64,000 nucleotides of DNA, from positions 44,268,001 through 44,332,000 of the forward strand of contig NC_043012.1 of the NCBI RefSeq assembly GCF_006345805.1, given 5' to 3'. This DNA is from Octopus sinensis. Its lineage: Eukaryota. The notes beneath the pieces were generated by a model. The model made no database searches and was not told where the DNA came from. It saw nothing but the letters and a program-made list of their open reading frames with translations. The position numbers and the translations under genes are program-made. The first letter of the stretch is position 1. Each line of letters begins with the position of its first letter. Shown here piece by piece: positions 39,781 to 53,492 of this stretch.

Positions 39781-40162
39781 ATAAATACACTTTTCTAAAT
39801 TTATATAATTATATATTTATATAATTATATATTTGTAAGATATAAAATCAAAAATATAATATAGACATACTTTTCATCTCATCTTTATTAACATTTCCCA
39901 ATCTAATTCTTTGTATGTTGCATCCCTCATGATAAGTTACTTCTGTCTTTCTACCATCTCCCTCACATAAACTTTTACAAACATAATTATATTTAAATAT
40001 AATGATAGATATATTTTTCAAACAAATTTGATATTTTAACAGAATTTCAACGTTCAATATTAGCTAAATTTTAAACGATCAATTTCTAATCAAAAGGACC
40101 CTGCGTCCTACTAAGTAGTTTGTTTACATTTGAAAATTCCTAAACATAGTCCTCAAATAAGT

Positions 40163-41434
40163 TATTTAGAATCCCATAAGTTCCGTCCGAATTTTGAATA
40201 CAGAAAACAAGTGATCAAATGTTATATTTAATTGAAATTTAGTCATCAATGCACTTTCCCTGATTATCTATGACTTCCTTCCATCTATTTACAAGCTTTT
40301 TAATCCCATCAATGTAAAACTTATTTGGTTTCAAAGCGAAGAACTCTGAAACGTCAGTTTCGACCTCCTCCAGGCTTGCAAAAATTATGTCCCCCAAATG
40401 ATTCTATAAACTACACAACAAGTGGTAGTCTGAAGGAGCAACGTCGGGAGAATAAGGTGGATGAGGAATTTTTTCCCAACCAAGCTCTTCGATCTTTGTG
40501 GAGTCGTGCATTGTCCTGATGAAACGTCACTCCTTTTCGATTCACTAAAGCGTGTCTTTTTTTCTTCAAAGCTTGGTTCAAACGCTCTAATTCCAGACAA
40601 TAGACTTGAGCATTGATTGTTGCATTAGGTAGTAACAATCCAAAGTGAGTTACTCCTTTGCAATCCAACCAGGTAGAGAGAAGAACCTTTTTCCCCATGA
40701 AGTTCCCTTCTCGGTTGTGGTTGAGTTTTTTCCCCTTTACCAAGCCACTGTTTACGACGTTTAACATTTCGAAGAAGATCTGTTTTTCGTCACCAGTCAC
40801 AAGTCTATCCAAAAAAGTTGAAATAAGTTCGCGAGAATGGAGAGAAGAGCAGATGTCAACTCGGAATTTGCGGTTGCTTTCAGACAATTGATGAGGCACC
40901 CATTTTCCAAGTTTAGGAGCATTTCCAAATTGTTAAAGATGATGATGAACAGTTGTATGGTTTGAACTAAGCTTTATTGCCAATTCTTCAACTGATAATG
41001 CAGGATTTTTTTCAAGTAATGCCTCAAGGAGCTTATCATCAAACTCAACTGGACATCCTGTTCGATCTTCATCTTCAAGACTGAAATCTCCACTCCTGAA
41101 TTTTGCAAACCATCTTCTGCAAGTTCTTTCATTTAAACATTCTTTCCCATAAACTGAGTGTATGTTTCGAGTCACTTCGGCTGCAGAGTTTCCTTTTTTT
41201 GTACTCATAAAGCATTATGTGCCTCAAATGCTTTTTGGATACTTCCATGTTAGAAAGGGTTTTAATAAAAGAAATTTTTATTCTATTATTCTGTAAAATA
41301 ATATTTAATTAGTTTAAATGTACACAAATGCATAAAAATAATTTTTAATTCCATTAGACATTCTAAAATACTATTAAATTTCATTCAATCTTAAAAAAGG
41401 TAAAATCGGACAGAACTTATGGGATGACCTGATA
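40163..41434 (-). mobile_element. Full-length decayed mariner (WVPH-type)
   Basis: TIRs (t)atcaggtcatcccataagttc(t/c)gtccga; about 1.27 kb. Confidence 0.9.
40239..41248 (-). pseudogene. Mariner transposase, disrupted
   Basis: MEVSKKHLRHIMLYEYKKGNSAAEVTRNI..WFAKFRSGDFSLEDEDRTGCP; WVPHQL; LVTGDEK; FHQDNARLH; ends RWKEVIDNQGKCIDD*. Confidence 0.9.
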
Positions 41435-42131
41435 GAATGTTCAAAGTGATACTGATATCTTTATTGTCACGAAAAAATGTTCTTTAAAATAAGTTGCTGA
41501 CTTTTAATAACAAGTTAGTGTTGTTGTTGTTGTTTACATGTACGATGTAATGATTGCAATAATTAGAAAGTGCCAATAATAATCAAATGACTGTTATACA
41601 TCAGTTGCAAGAAAGTGCAGATAAAAAGTTCATTTCTAGAGTTTAGAAAAAATTATACAAGGTTCAAAATAATATTGATATTTTTATTGCACCAAAAATG
41701 TACATCAAAATAAGTTGACAAGTTAGTATTCTTGTTCATATCTATGATGTAATGATTATAATACTTTGAAAGTACCGATCATAATCGCATAATGATTATA
41801 GTAATTTGAAGTGTCAGTTATAATCAAATAATGGTTATATGTTATTTGCTAGAAAGTGCAGTTAAAATATTTTCATATAATGAATGACTGGTATATTTAA
41901 ATGAATACACATTGGTAAGACACAAAAATTTAGTAAAGTACAAGGAATGTTTGGGAGTAAAAACATTGATCTAACCTAAAGATAAAACACGAGAAGATTT
42001 GCCAATAGTTGGAATGCATGGAAGTATATGTGGGCATGGATGTAAGTACACGTATCTGGATTCTGTAGAGTGCATAAGTAGGGTTTGTGTAGAGCTTGGT
42101 GATAAAAGCAGAAGTAAATATATCGAAAAGA

Positions 42132-42175
<44 letters not shown>

Positions 42176-42725
42176 ATTTGGATATGAATATTTCTGAGTG
42201 AATGGATATCGGTATGTAGAAATGGGTAATGGCAAATTAATACGTTCATGTTCGTCAAGAATCTCATTGACTATCAAAAGACTTTCTTCTGAACAAAAAT
42301 AAATGAAATTAAGGTTTTCGAGCAGAGCAAGTAGATATCATGCTGGGAGTAATGAAAATGGGTCATTTGAAGGAAAACAGTTACTGACAATAAAAATAAA
42401 AGATACTTCGAGTCCATGTCTTAAGACAAAAAAAAACCTTTACAATAAAGTAAAAAGATAAAAAAACAGAAATAGACAGAATGTCAGTTTAGATTTATAT
42501 TTCTGCATTAATTTGTTTTTGTTTTTTTTTTCGCTTCTATCAACGAATTTCTTCTTTTTTTTTTTTTGAAAATTATATTTATATTCTTACTGCCACTATA
42601 TACATAGTTTTGGTATTTTAACTTGTATCAACTTGAATCTATGAGCTACTCTGTAAAGAGAGAAAGCTAATTATGCAAAGGTATATACAAGAAAGGAGTT
42701 TGAATGTGATTCAGCAGTACTTTAA

Positions 42726-43869
42726 AGCAATCTAGTTGGTTTGGCTGCCAGCATTTCAAAAATTAAAGTTTATCGAAAATTTTAAAACTTGGCACATTAA
42801 TATATTTTTCCAAGCTGAATTGCTGGAGTTATTTTACTTTTTCCAGAAAATTGTTTTTAAAAAGTTATAGAGGTTTAAAATTTGATCATTTTCACCCAGT
42901 CAGTAAACAGGATGTGGAAGCTGTCATTTTGTGCGTGACTTTTCTATTCTTTTATTCTTTTACTTGTTTCAGTCATTTAACTGCGGCGATGCTGGAGCAC
43001 AGCATCCTGAAAATAGCACGTGTTGTCAATATTTGTAAACAACACGTGTTTTGTAGTTTGAAGCATTCAATATGCATTTAATGCGATAGCACGAACTTAA
43101 AAGGTATCTAAAAAAAACAACTTATTTAGCTGTTATTCTTAGCACACCTCACAACCGCCTCGATGACAAAATGAAACGAGTAAACAAGTAGTTTTAAGCA
43201 TTCAATATGCATTTAATGCAAATGCGATGAACAACAGGTTACATGCGATAAACACATTACAATTTCCCCCCACAAATGTTTTCAATACAGACTTTAACAG
43301 AAATATTTGGAAGAATTAAATAAAAGTTCTCCGGCAACTTTCTTTCGTGCAAATTTATGTTTATGTTAATTTAAAAGATTTATCTAAAAAAGTTATTTAT
43401 CTGTTATTTTTAGCACACCTCACAACCACCTCAATGGCAAAAAGAAACGAGTAAACAATTAGTTTTGAATATCCAATGTGCATTTAATGCAAATGCGATG
43501 AACAACACGTTGCAAATTAAATATTTAAAAAAAACAAACATGTTGTTGACCAGTTCATAAATTCACATGCTCAATTCTCCACAGACAGGTAAAACAAATG
43601 GTTTCAATATATTTGTCAACACGTGCTTTCTCGCAGAACTCGTGTTCCGCTTGTTACTATGGATACAGGCATGAATGTGTCTGTAGCTTACGATTGGCTA
43701 AAATTATCAAACTTTTCAAACTTTTATTGCTAATAACTCTTTTATTTATTGATTTATAGCGAAAATGATTTTCACATCATTCATTAGCCAATAAAAGTGT
43801 ATCATTACACTGAATATGAAATCAATTCGAACAGAATTGATGCTGGTAGCCAAACCGACTTGAATCACT
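42726..43869. mobile_element. Kolobok-like non-autonomous DNA transposon
   Basis: TTAA on both flanks (42722-25, 43870-73), AG..CT termini, ~29-bp imperfect TIR (ag..agt(t/c)ggtttggct(g/a)ccagcat); internal ~130-bp diverged direct repeat; SINE A tail fragment at ~42945-43010. Confidence 0.6.
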
Positions 43870-44106
43870 TTAAAAGCAACCTACCTGATGAAGTGATGGC
43901 GTACATCTGCTGCTGGGTCATGGTTATGTAATTATTTATAAAATAATTTACGTAATGGTTTGAGACTGAAAACTCAGAAATCTGCAGCTGTCGCCACTGC
44001 ACGGAGACAGATGCTGTAATTTGTAAATAAACAAATTTGTATTTAAAGGCTGTTTATTCCATCTTTTTGTTGTACAATTCATATATATATATATATATAT
44101 ATATAA

Positions 44107-44388
44107 ATACTCTTTTACTTGTTTCAGTCATTTGACTGTGGCCATGATGGAGCACCGCCTTTAGTCGAGCAAATCGACCCCAGGACTTATTCTTTGTAAG
44201 CATAGTTCTTATTCTATCGGTCTTTTTTGCCGAACCGCTAAGTTACGAGGACGTAAACATACCACCATGGGTTGTCAAGCGATGTTGGGGGCGCCAAACA
44301 CAAACATATACACATACATATATACGACAGGCTTCTTTCGGTTTGCGTCTACCATATCCACTCACAAGGCTTTAGTTGGCCCGAGGCT
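44107..44388 (-). mobile_element. 5'-truncated SINE family A
   Basis: Reverse complement of family A tail and body. Confidence 0.85.
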
Positions 44389-44394
44389 ATATAT

Positions 44395-44790
44395 ATATAC
44401 AGCTTGCTTCAAGACTATCTGGTGGATGGACCCTGAACGAAGCTACACTGAAAATTATGCCCTGTTGCGCTTGCAACTGCCCATACTCTGTGCAGTGGAA
44501 ACACGTGTAGGCCGTAATAACCATAAGAATATGGTGTATGAAATTGTAAAATAAAAGGAAATAAATTTGGGGGATTAACAATTTCCATATTCTATATCGT
44601 TATAATTATTGCTAATATACATTCCAGATAATATTACCATCCAGAGAAGCGAACATGGAATTAACCATCGGAGGAATTTACAGCGTGAGTAACAACTCAT
44701 AACAGTCATAGACGTTAAATACTAATCGATACAGTTAGCCGTAACCTGGAACATAATTGAGAGCCACCGCGGTATCCACCCGGATAATAT
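44395..44790. mobile_element. Possible Penelope-like terminal fragments between (TA)n tracts
   Basis: Bounded by TA microsatellites; contains the GAAACACGTGTA motif also present in the 56.5-kb hammerhead. Confidence 0.35.
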
Positions 44791-44797
44791 ATCCCTC

Positions 44798-44865
<68 letters not shown>

Positions 44866-44867
44866 AT

Positions 44868-44913
<46 letters not shown>

Positions 44914-44959
44914 TGCTAGGCTCCTCTCCTCGGAAGATAATATTTGAACGTTAAGATCT

Positions 44960-45368
44960 TATGACAGGTGCGAGTGGAGGTATGTTTGCGTGTGTGTTTG
45001 AAAAGGGTGGGGAGATCGGAATATTAATAGAAGGGGATTTTGGTTTCCTGGGTGGCACGCTTAAGTTCTACTACTGTGGGTGTCGTTGTTGCTGTTGCTA
45101 CTATTGTTGGTGTTGGTGTTGGTGTTGGTGCTGCTGTTGTTGTTCCGCTGCCGTTGAGACAAGGGCATTGACGGCATGAGAATCTCTTGTCTTCAACTTT
45201 TTGTTGAGGACAGAAAGCTTTTAAGTGAAACCATGACTCTCTGCCCTCAACCACAACATGCAGATCCACTCTATTGGGTAAATGAATTTGGTATGCGATC
45301 TTTTCCAATTCCTCCGGATTAATCTGGAGGAAGTTTTCCACCGTGGTCCCGGACAACTTCCTCTCCAT
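44960..45368 (-). pseudogene. L1/Tx1-like ORF1 (gag-like) remnant
   Basis: LHVVVEGR..HLKAFCPQQK resembles the VTVEGR..C..C...GH....CP zinc-knuckle region; truncated by a SINE. Confidence 0.45.
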
Positions 45369-45369
45369 T

Positions 45370-45565
45370 TTAAGGCCTTACATTTTAAGGTAAGAGCTAG
45401 TCGATTACATCGACCCTCAGTGCTCGACTGATAGTGTTTTATCGACTCCAAAATGATGAAGGGCAAAATCGATCTCAGTGGCATTTGAACTCAGAACGTA
45501 AAGGCAGAAGAAATGCGCTAAGCATTTTATCCAACGTGCTAACGATTCTGCCACCTCGCAGTCCT
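45370..45565 (-). mobile_element. SINE family B
   Basis: Reverse complement of family B. Confidence 0.75.
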
Positions 45566-46099
45566 AGTAATAATCTATCTACCTATATTCTACTAAAACT
45601 CTGTGATTGCTTGATTGCGCGTGTGCGTGCGTGCTTGTCTGTAATTTAATACAGCCAAACTGGCGCACATTGGGAAAATACTCTGAAAGTAAGGCACCCC
45701 TGAAATGTGAATACAAACGGAATGAAACAAGTTTCACGTAAATTGGACCACGGATTCCCGAGGTACCCATTTTGTTCTTAGTAACTTCATAAATAGCCAA
45801 AACAGCGCATAATGGGAAAATACTCCGAAAGTAACATAACCCTAAAAACTTTTTCTATTAATTTTATGTTTACCTTTTATAACAATTCCTTTTGCATTTT
45901 TGTAGAAGTGTGCACATATGCCATAAATAGATGCTTTTACTGGAGTTCAAGTTAATCCCAGAAGCTCTATTCCTATTAGATACCGTAAATAGTCAATAAA
46001 ACCTTACGAACGAATTGAAATATTTAACTGAATCATCATAAAATTAACTCTCATTTTAATGCAATGTTGAAATCAGCTTCAATGTATTATAACCTGAAC

Positions 46100-46750
46100 C
46101 GTCAGTGACCCAACGGGTTATGGATAGTCTAGTAGTAATTATTATTGCCGCTCAGGAACGAGCCATTAGGGCAAATTTGATAGCGATAAAAATCGACAAA
46201 CCTCGGTCAGACAGCAAATGTAAAATTTGCAGGAAAGGAGACAGAAGTATTAATCATCTCTTGAACGAGTGCAGTAAGCTTGCACAAAGAGTAAGCGCAG
46301 ACATAACTGAGTAGGTAAAAGAGTGCATTGCGATGTTAGCCGAGTGTGTGCCTTTGAAATAACAGGAAATTGGTGGGAACATGAACCAGAATCTGCGATA
46401 GAAAATAAGAATTATAGATTTTGAAGGACTTCCCCATAAAGACTGATTGAAGCTAGAAGATCAGATATAACTACAGAGGAGAAGATATACAACAGTGTAA
46501 ATTCATAGATTTTGCAATACCATAGGATAACAGGGAAACTAGAAAATTAGAAATTCCAGGATCTTGCCAGAGCGGTTAAGAGATTATGGAAGACTAAGAT
46601 AACAGTTATACCTGTGGTAATTGGTGTACTTGGCACAACACCCAAACTGCTACCCAAGAGACTGAATGATATTTGAAATAACAGGAAATTGGTGGGAACA
46701 TGAACCAGAATCTGCGATAGAAAATAAGAATTATAGATTTTGAAGGACTT
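46100..46750 (+). pseudogene. R4/Dong-like (restriction-like endonuclease) LINE C-terminal remnant
   Basis: IIAAQERAIRAN..KIDK..SDSKCKICRKGDRSINHLLNECSKLAQ (CCHC knuckle), then NWWEH and V.P.VIG.LG motifs with frameshifts. Confidence 0.8.
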
Positions 46751-47453
46751 GACCCTTGTAATTTATACACACACACACACATTTGTTGTTATCTTTTCTC
46801 TCAAGTAACAGTCGTGCCTCTGAAGACGAGCCAACAGCAGCAATATTAGTTGATGAAGCAGCTCTCCGACTTCAAATAGTCTTTCAAGTTCTTTCCATTT
46901 CAACAAGATTGAGTTCCAACCAATCAGCCGTTACAAGATGATGTATTCAACCGCGATCGAGATACGCCATAGATTACAAGACATTGCTAATGATCGTTGC
47001 TATTTGAATAAACTAACACAATCTCTTTGGTCATCTGTTAAATGGTCACCTATTATCTTCAGATCTATGATCAATTTCTTTATCGGTCTCCATCTTTATC
47101 ATCATCGTCGTCGTCATCGTCATTGTCGTGCCGGTACCACCATCACTACCATCGCAAAATGTAACATTAGCAGAGGAGCTATTTTTCTCACGCTTATTTT
47201 CATTTCTATGTCGTGCAACTACGTTTGATTTACGCTTGGATGATGTATATTCAGTGTACATTAGAGAAACCTGATTCGCGATAACATCGCTTATAACCTA
47301 GTCTAAATCTTGATAAGAACATTCTTCGGCTTTGTTAAAGTTCTTGCCCAATGTACGAACTTTTATATTAATTTCTAGTTAATATTAACTAATTAATAAT
47401 CCAAAACAGCAACTGAATATATTATGTGTGTGTGTGTTTGTATGAGTGTGTGA

Positions 47454-47533
<80 letters not shown>

Positions 47534-47700
47534 ATGGATAAGGTAAGCAGAAAAGAAAAAACACTACATGTGGTCTATCAAACATTAAATTCTGTGACAA
47601 CTTCATAGTGTTAAAGTTCTTAAGATAGCGAAGAGAAAGAAATGTAGAAAACTATATATGCACACGCACACACACACACACACACACGCACGCACACACA

Positions 47701-47735
<35 letters not shown>

Positions 47736-47740
<5 letters not shown>

Positions 47741-49030
47741 TTAAGTCAAGAATTATACGTAGTCTTGTTTCTGTAATTTATTAAAACAAAACCAAGGGTT
47801 GAATAATTACATCATTTTTCGACATAGTTCCTCTTCTTTTCGATGTCCTTCTTCCAGCGGCCCGCAAGTTTGCTTTTCACGTCGGAGAAAGTTTTCAACT
47901 GTTCGCGCAGCCATTTATGCACTGCTTCCGGTGCTTCTTCGTCCGTAGTAAACCGATGACCTCGTAAAGGAAGTTTGAGCGATTCAAAGAGGTAATAGTT
48001 TGAAAAGACGAGATCTGAATTTTATGAGGGTGTTCCGGCAACTCAAAACTTAATTTTTCAATGGTTTCAACGATGTGGGCGATTATGGTGTATTGTCGTG
48101 CAACAATAACACTTGATTTCACAATTGAACTCGGCGTCTAATGCGAATAACTGGTTTCAGTTTGTTGGTCAACATTCCACTGTAGCCAACACTGATAACT
48201 GTAGACCCCCCTTTTCCAGGGATCGTTCCTGTATAGGCCCTTTTGCATCCCCAAAACCTATTAGAATCACTTTTACTGCAAAAGATTGAGTCTTGAATTT
48301 CTTTTTCACTAGCGACATTGGGTGTTTCCACTCAATGCTCTGCCTTTTGGATTCTAGTCCAAAGTGAAGAGCCCAGTTCTCCTTTCCTGTGACTATTCTC
48401 TCTAAAAAAAAGTTGGCTTTCATGTTTATAGCTGTCGAATAAACGTTGACAGATCACATGATTGCGCTTATGCTCTTAGTTAAGCTCTCTTGGCACCCAG
48501 CTTGCAGAGACTTTACGCAATCGAAGCCTGTCACGGATGATTTCGGATGCAGAACCATGACTAATTTGAAGAGAACATGCCACCTCATCGATGGCCACTC
48601 GCCGGTTCGCCAGAACTATCTCTCGAATTTCTTGAATCTTCAGTGGTGGAGGCTGATGGGTGTTTTGCTCTCTTTTCGCACATCAGGCTTGTCCAGCTAT
48701 TTTAAAACTTTTTGATCCACTCATAAACACTTATGGGCAGTAGAACACTGTCTCTGTATTGCACGGAAAGCTTGCGATGAACTTCAACTCCTGGCACATC
48801 TTCTGAACAAAGAAATTGGATCATTAATCTCTGCACTTCCTTGGTGCACATTGCCAGTTAAACGGTTGTACTTATTCTGCAACACAAGAAAGAAAACTGG
48901 AAAGATGACGGTCAAACCTCGGTTGTGTAACCACAAGGTTACCTCCTCTTGGGACAGGGGCGCTGAAGGCATTGCAGCCAACCTAAATAATGTTTTGGCG
49001 GAAGTGCAGATAATGTTTGACTTCCCCTAG
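47736..49030 (-). mobile_element. Full-length decayed mariner (irritans-like, WVPREL), 1295 bp
   Basis: Degenerate TIRs cgaggttaagtcaagaattat / rc ctaggggaagtcaaacattat; translated WVPREL, IVTG.E.W, LPEHP. Confidence 0.85.
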
Positions 49031-49042
49031 AATGTACGTATG

Positions 49043-49081
<39 letters not shown>

Positions 49082-49123
49082 TATATATATATATATACAT
49101 GAATGTATGTATGTATTTTATAC

Positions 49124-49188
<65 letters not shown>

Positions 49189-49277
49189 TGTATACATATA
49201 CACGCACACACACACACACACATACTCACGCACATATATCCATCTATGCATCATACTTGATTATGTACATTATTTAT

Positions 49278-49608
49278 AGGCCAGTTACTGTGATATTTGT
49301 CCAGAAATAACAACTCTTATGAATGTACGGTTTTAAAAAAACATCGAAGGAAAACAAAAATTCATCCCGTCATCAGCGGCCAGCGAGAACATCAGGAATG
49401 TTTTGTTCGCTGTTGCGGAGACGACAAACTCTCGTCCAAACATGTGGATGACCACAAATACGCACCATTGAAAAGTCCCCTCCAAACCGAAATGCATCTG
49501 CGATTCTTACAAGTCGCTACTGAGACGAATTTTCGTCTCACTTCGATATTTCATACTGTACATCGATAAGAGTTGTTATCTCAAGACAAATATCGCAGTA
49601 ACTGGCCT
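49278..49608. mobile_element. MITE with 24-bp TIRs (331 bp)
   Basis: aggccagttactgtgatatttgtc / gacaaatatcgcagtaactggcct (1 mismatch); TSD not preserved. Confidence 0.7.
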
Positions 49609-50309
49609 TTCAACAGTGTATGTACATAGATATTTTAATTCAATACTCACTAAAGTGCGTATAATGAATATATATATATATATGTAAGTACAATATAAAG
49701 AAAGTCAGGAGGTGTGTGATTAATATATTTTTGACCTGTAGATATCCATAAGATTGCGATCGTTTCGCAGCCAACTTCATGGGAAAATGATGTATCTTAA
49801 TGTATAAAACAGTTATTAAGGTTTTCGCTGACTGTGAAATTCTTATAATTTCCAATTTCAAACTTTCCTTTTATCAAAATGCGGTGTTGATTATACTTTT
49901 ATTATTGGAGAATTTAAACTACACGCTAATCTGAAAACAATTCTATTCAATGAGACGTCTCACATTTGTGTCTTTTTTTTTCTGCTGTTTTCTAACAATG
50001 ATCTCTCTCCCTTTCTGTCCTTCTCTCACTCTCTCCCCCCCCTCTCTCTCTCTCTCCCCCTCTCTCTCTCTCTCTCTGTCCATCTCTCTGTTTATCGCCC
50101 CTATTTTTATATCCTTCTGATATTATCTCTCTCACTCTTATCCTCACCCCTCTTTTTCTTCAATGACATTTTCCATTCGGTCTTCATTTATATTTTTTTT
50201 TACTCCATATCTGTTTATCATATTATATCATATACCTTTTTATCATATCAAAATATGAAATTAGAAATTTCATATTTCAAGTTTCATTTGGTTATTCACA
50301 CATGTGCAT

Positions 50310-50597
50310 AATTACAGTCAAACAAATCGACCCCAGGACTTGCCTTTTTAAAGCCTAGTACTTATTCTATCAGTCTCTTCTGCCGATCCACGAAATTGAG
50401 GAGACGTAAACACACTAACGTCAGTTGTCAAGTGATGATGAGGATAAACACCGACACAAACACACGGACGTGTGTGCGTGTGTTCTTTCAGTCTCCGTCT
50501 ACCAAATCCACTCACAAGGTGCCACGCAGTGGGACTGAACCCAGAACCAAGTGGTTGGGAAGCAAGCTTCTTGCCACACAGCCACGCCTGCGCCTAT
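50310..50597 (-). mobile_element. SINE family A with internal deletions
   Basis: Reverse complement of family A. Confidence 0.75.
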
Positions 50598-50699
50598 AAT
50601 ATGCAAAGATTTGCGGCAGTTTAAAATTATTTGATAAATCCTCGACGATTTCCACACCTAGAGTCAAATATTTGCTAATAATAGTGATATGCATATATA

Positions 50700-51710
50700 C
50701 AGGGTGGCGCACGATAAAATAGCCCAGGTTCCGTAGCATTGTGCAAATACAGAAATAAATATACCAGTACTGGAAAGGACTCACTATTATAGGAAATTTT
50801 GAAAATGGTTCCTTGCGATATCAATACACAGTTGTGTCCATCTAACCATGTTTAGATACACCCGGCCTAAAGCAGTGACATCGATGACGGCAACCACATG
50901 CGTGATATTTTCCTTCAGTTTCTGCATTATATGCGGACATTTTGCTACACCGTTCTCTTCAAGTTTCCCCACAGATAACAATCACGCGTTGAAAGATCAG
51001 GAGAACGTGGTGGTCACAAATTTTTCCAAACTACTTTCCTCGGAGAATATCCCATTAACTCGCTGCATAGACACTAGAGAACTGTGACAAGTCGCCCAGT
51101 CCTGCTGGAAGAAGTAGACCTGTCTATCATCTTCAGTGAGTTGAGTGCAAGATTGATCTAAAATGTTCATGTAGACCTCCTCTGTCAAAAAAATAACGGT
51201 CCAAAGATGCGTGTCCCTGCAACACCACGCCAAACACCGATTTTTTTTTTTTTTTTTTGTGAAGTGACTACTCACAGGGTGAGAATTCTCCATTGCCCAG
51301 TACCGTGTGTTTTGTGAATGTACATGGCCAGAGAGATGAAACCATGCCTCATCACTCATTACGTACCGGAATGGGTGTAGCTCACCTTTAGCAATGCTAT
51401 TCAGAAGCCACGTGCAGTAATTTGCTGGTTTGCTCTCGTCATCCGCTTTTAATTGCTGTACACATGTAAAATGATATTCGCTTAGACTTGAGACTTTTCA
51501 ACACTTATTGGTATGACCTCCTGCTTATGTGAGACTGCTGCGCCAATTTAATGTTTGAATGTTTGGACATCGAGTATTCCTTTATCAATTTGTCACTCTT
51601 ATCCATAAAATGTACGGATGCGGTGCAGTAATTCTGCTCTACTTTAACCTTCGGAGGTACGTGTTTCGTTGAAGAGATAAGGCCCAGTCCTAAAAGCTTT
51701 CATTTCCGAT
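50700..51710 (-). mobile_element. Tc1/mariner rosa (DD41D)-like transposon, 5'-truncated, transposase pseudogene
   Basis: TA plus TIR cagggtggcgcacgataaaatagccc; MSDEAWFHLSGHVHSQNTRYW; FQQDWATCH; PPRSPDLSTRDCYLWG; ends HFQNFL*. Confidence 0.85.
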
Positions 51711-52997
51711 TTACACACTACTTTGTTTCAACGGACACCAGGTGTAGGACAACTACCTAGCTCTCCCCTTCGTGACGAGTCAATTTTTAGTATGATGGCA
51801 GAAATGTACTTCTCGAGAAATCAGCCCCTTGACAGAAATCCAGAGAAGATAAATCTGTTGACATTCAATAAGTGGAGGACAGTTTCGTCTTTCTACGTTT
51901 CAGACACGTTGATTGTACTAAAATACCTGTAAAGCTTATCTTAAGTCATAAGCTTGTAAATTATTCATGATGCTGATCTGCGACTCCTGGAAAGCTGTTC
52001 GGAATATCATCATCGATGCCTCGAACTATTCTTACTCCGGACGCTGTCGCTCATACTCCTGCTTTCCACTCATCACCTACTGATCAGAAAAGAGTGAACG
52101 TTCAACTGACTTCGTTGTGCTACTACTGGTAGAGAGCTCTGAGCGGCTGGCACACTCCTGACACCAAAGTGCCTCTTCTTGATCTACACTTGACCGGGAA
52201 TGAAGCACTGCTACACTTTCAAATGACGACCACGCCTGGTCCCGTTTGCGAATCTATAAAAGATACAACTTCAGCGCATCAACAGATACGACATCTCGAA
52301 ATCGCTGTGGGATGAATATTAATAAATGAGACCCCCGTCGCCTTGAAAAAGAATAGAATGCCTTAGATAATGTCATTCTAAAAGGACGGGATGGTCACGT
52401 GGGAACGCCTTTGATCATAGGTCTGCACAATCAGGATTTGACCCAAGGTTAAACAGTAAGAAGTAGTACGTCTGTCATAACCTCGATCACCAACCGTCGG
52501 TCTCTTCCTCCCCCCATACCCCCACCATCGCTACCACCAACAACAATAACAAAGCCGCCGCCACCACCACCAGACTTTTACAACAGCGTTACACTGTTTA
52601 ACAACAGCTAAAGACTGGCTCGGCGCCCGTTATTCACCACATCCGTAATCCGATCACTTCATTTTTCTCTTTATTTACTTATTTATTGTTTAGTGGTTTG
52701 TGTTGTTTTCTCTCTGTTACATTGCTGCAGTGTGTGGCACAATGCGAAGATTCTGTTTTTGCCTTTTGACTTAATAAAACATCATCATCATCATCACCAC
52801 ATTAACCCGCCCCAGCATAAACACATCGATGCACCCAAACATTCCACACCGACACTTTTCACTCTCTCCTCATCGCAGCGTCCGCCGCTCATCTCTCTCC
52901 TACGGCCACATTATCTTCCTACTTAGCTCTTCACTTGTTCTTAATTGTTCTGCACCCAGATGAAGTTGAACTATCACTCTTAACAATAACAACAACA

Positions 52998-53087
<90 letters not shown>

Positions 53088-53229
53088 TCAAGACGGGTAA
53101 GGGTGATTTCACTGCGTCCGTTCTGAAATCACCCTTACTGCTATTACTACTACTACTACTGCTGCTGCTGCTGCAACCATCATTATCCCCACAATTACCA
53201 CCATTTATAATAATAATAATAATATATTC

Positions 53230-53404
53230 TTTCTACTATAGGTAAAAAGACTGGAATTTGTGGGGAGGGGTAGTCAATTACATCGATCCCAGTACTTGAC
53301 TGGTTCTTAATTTATCGACCCCGAAAGGATGAAAGGTAAAGTCGACCTCGGCGGAATTTGAACTCAGAATGTGAAGATGGACGAAATGTAACAACAACAA
53401 CAAC

Positions 53405-53492
<88 letters not shown>

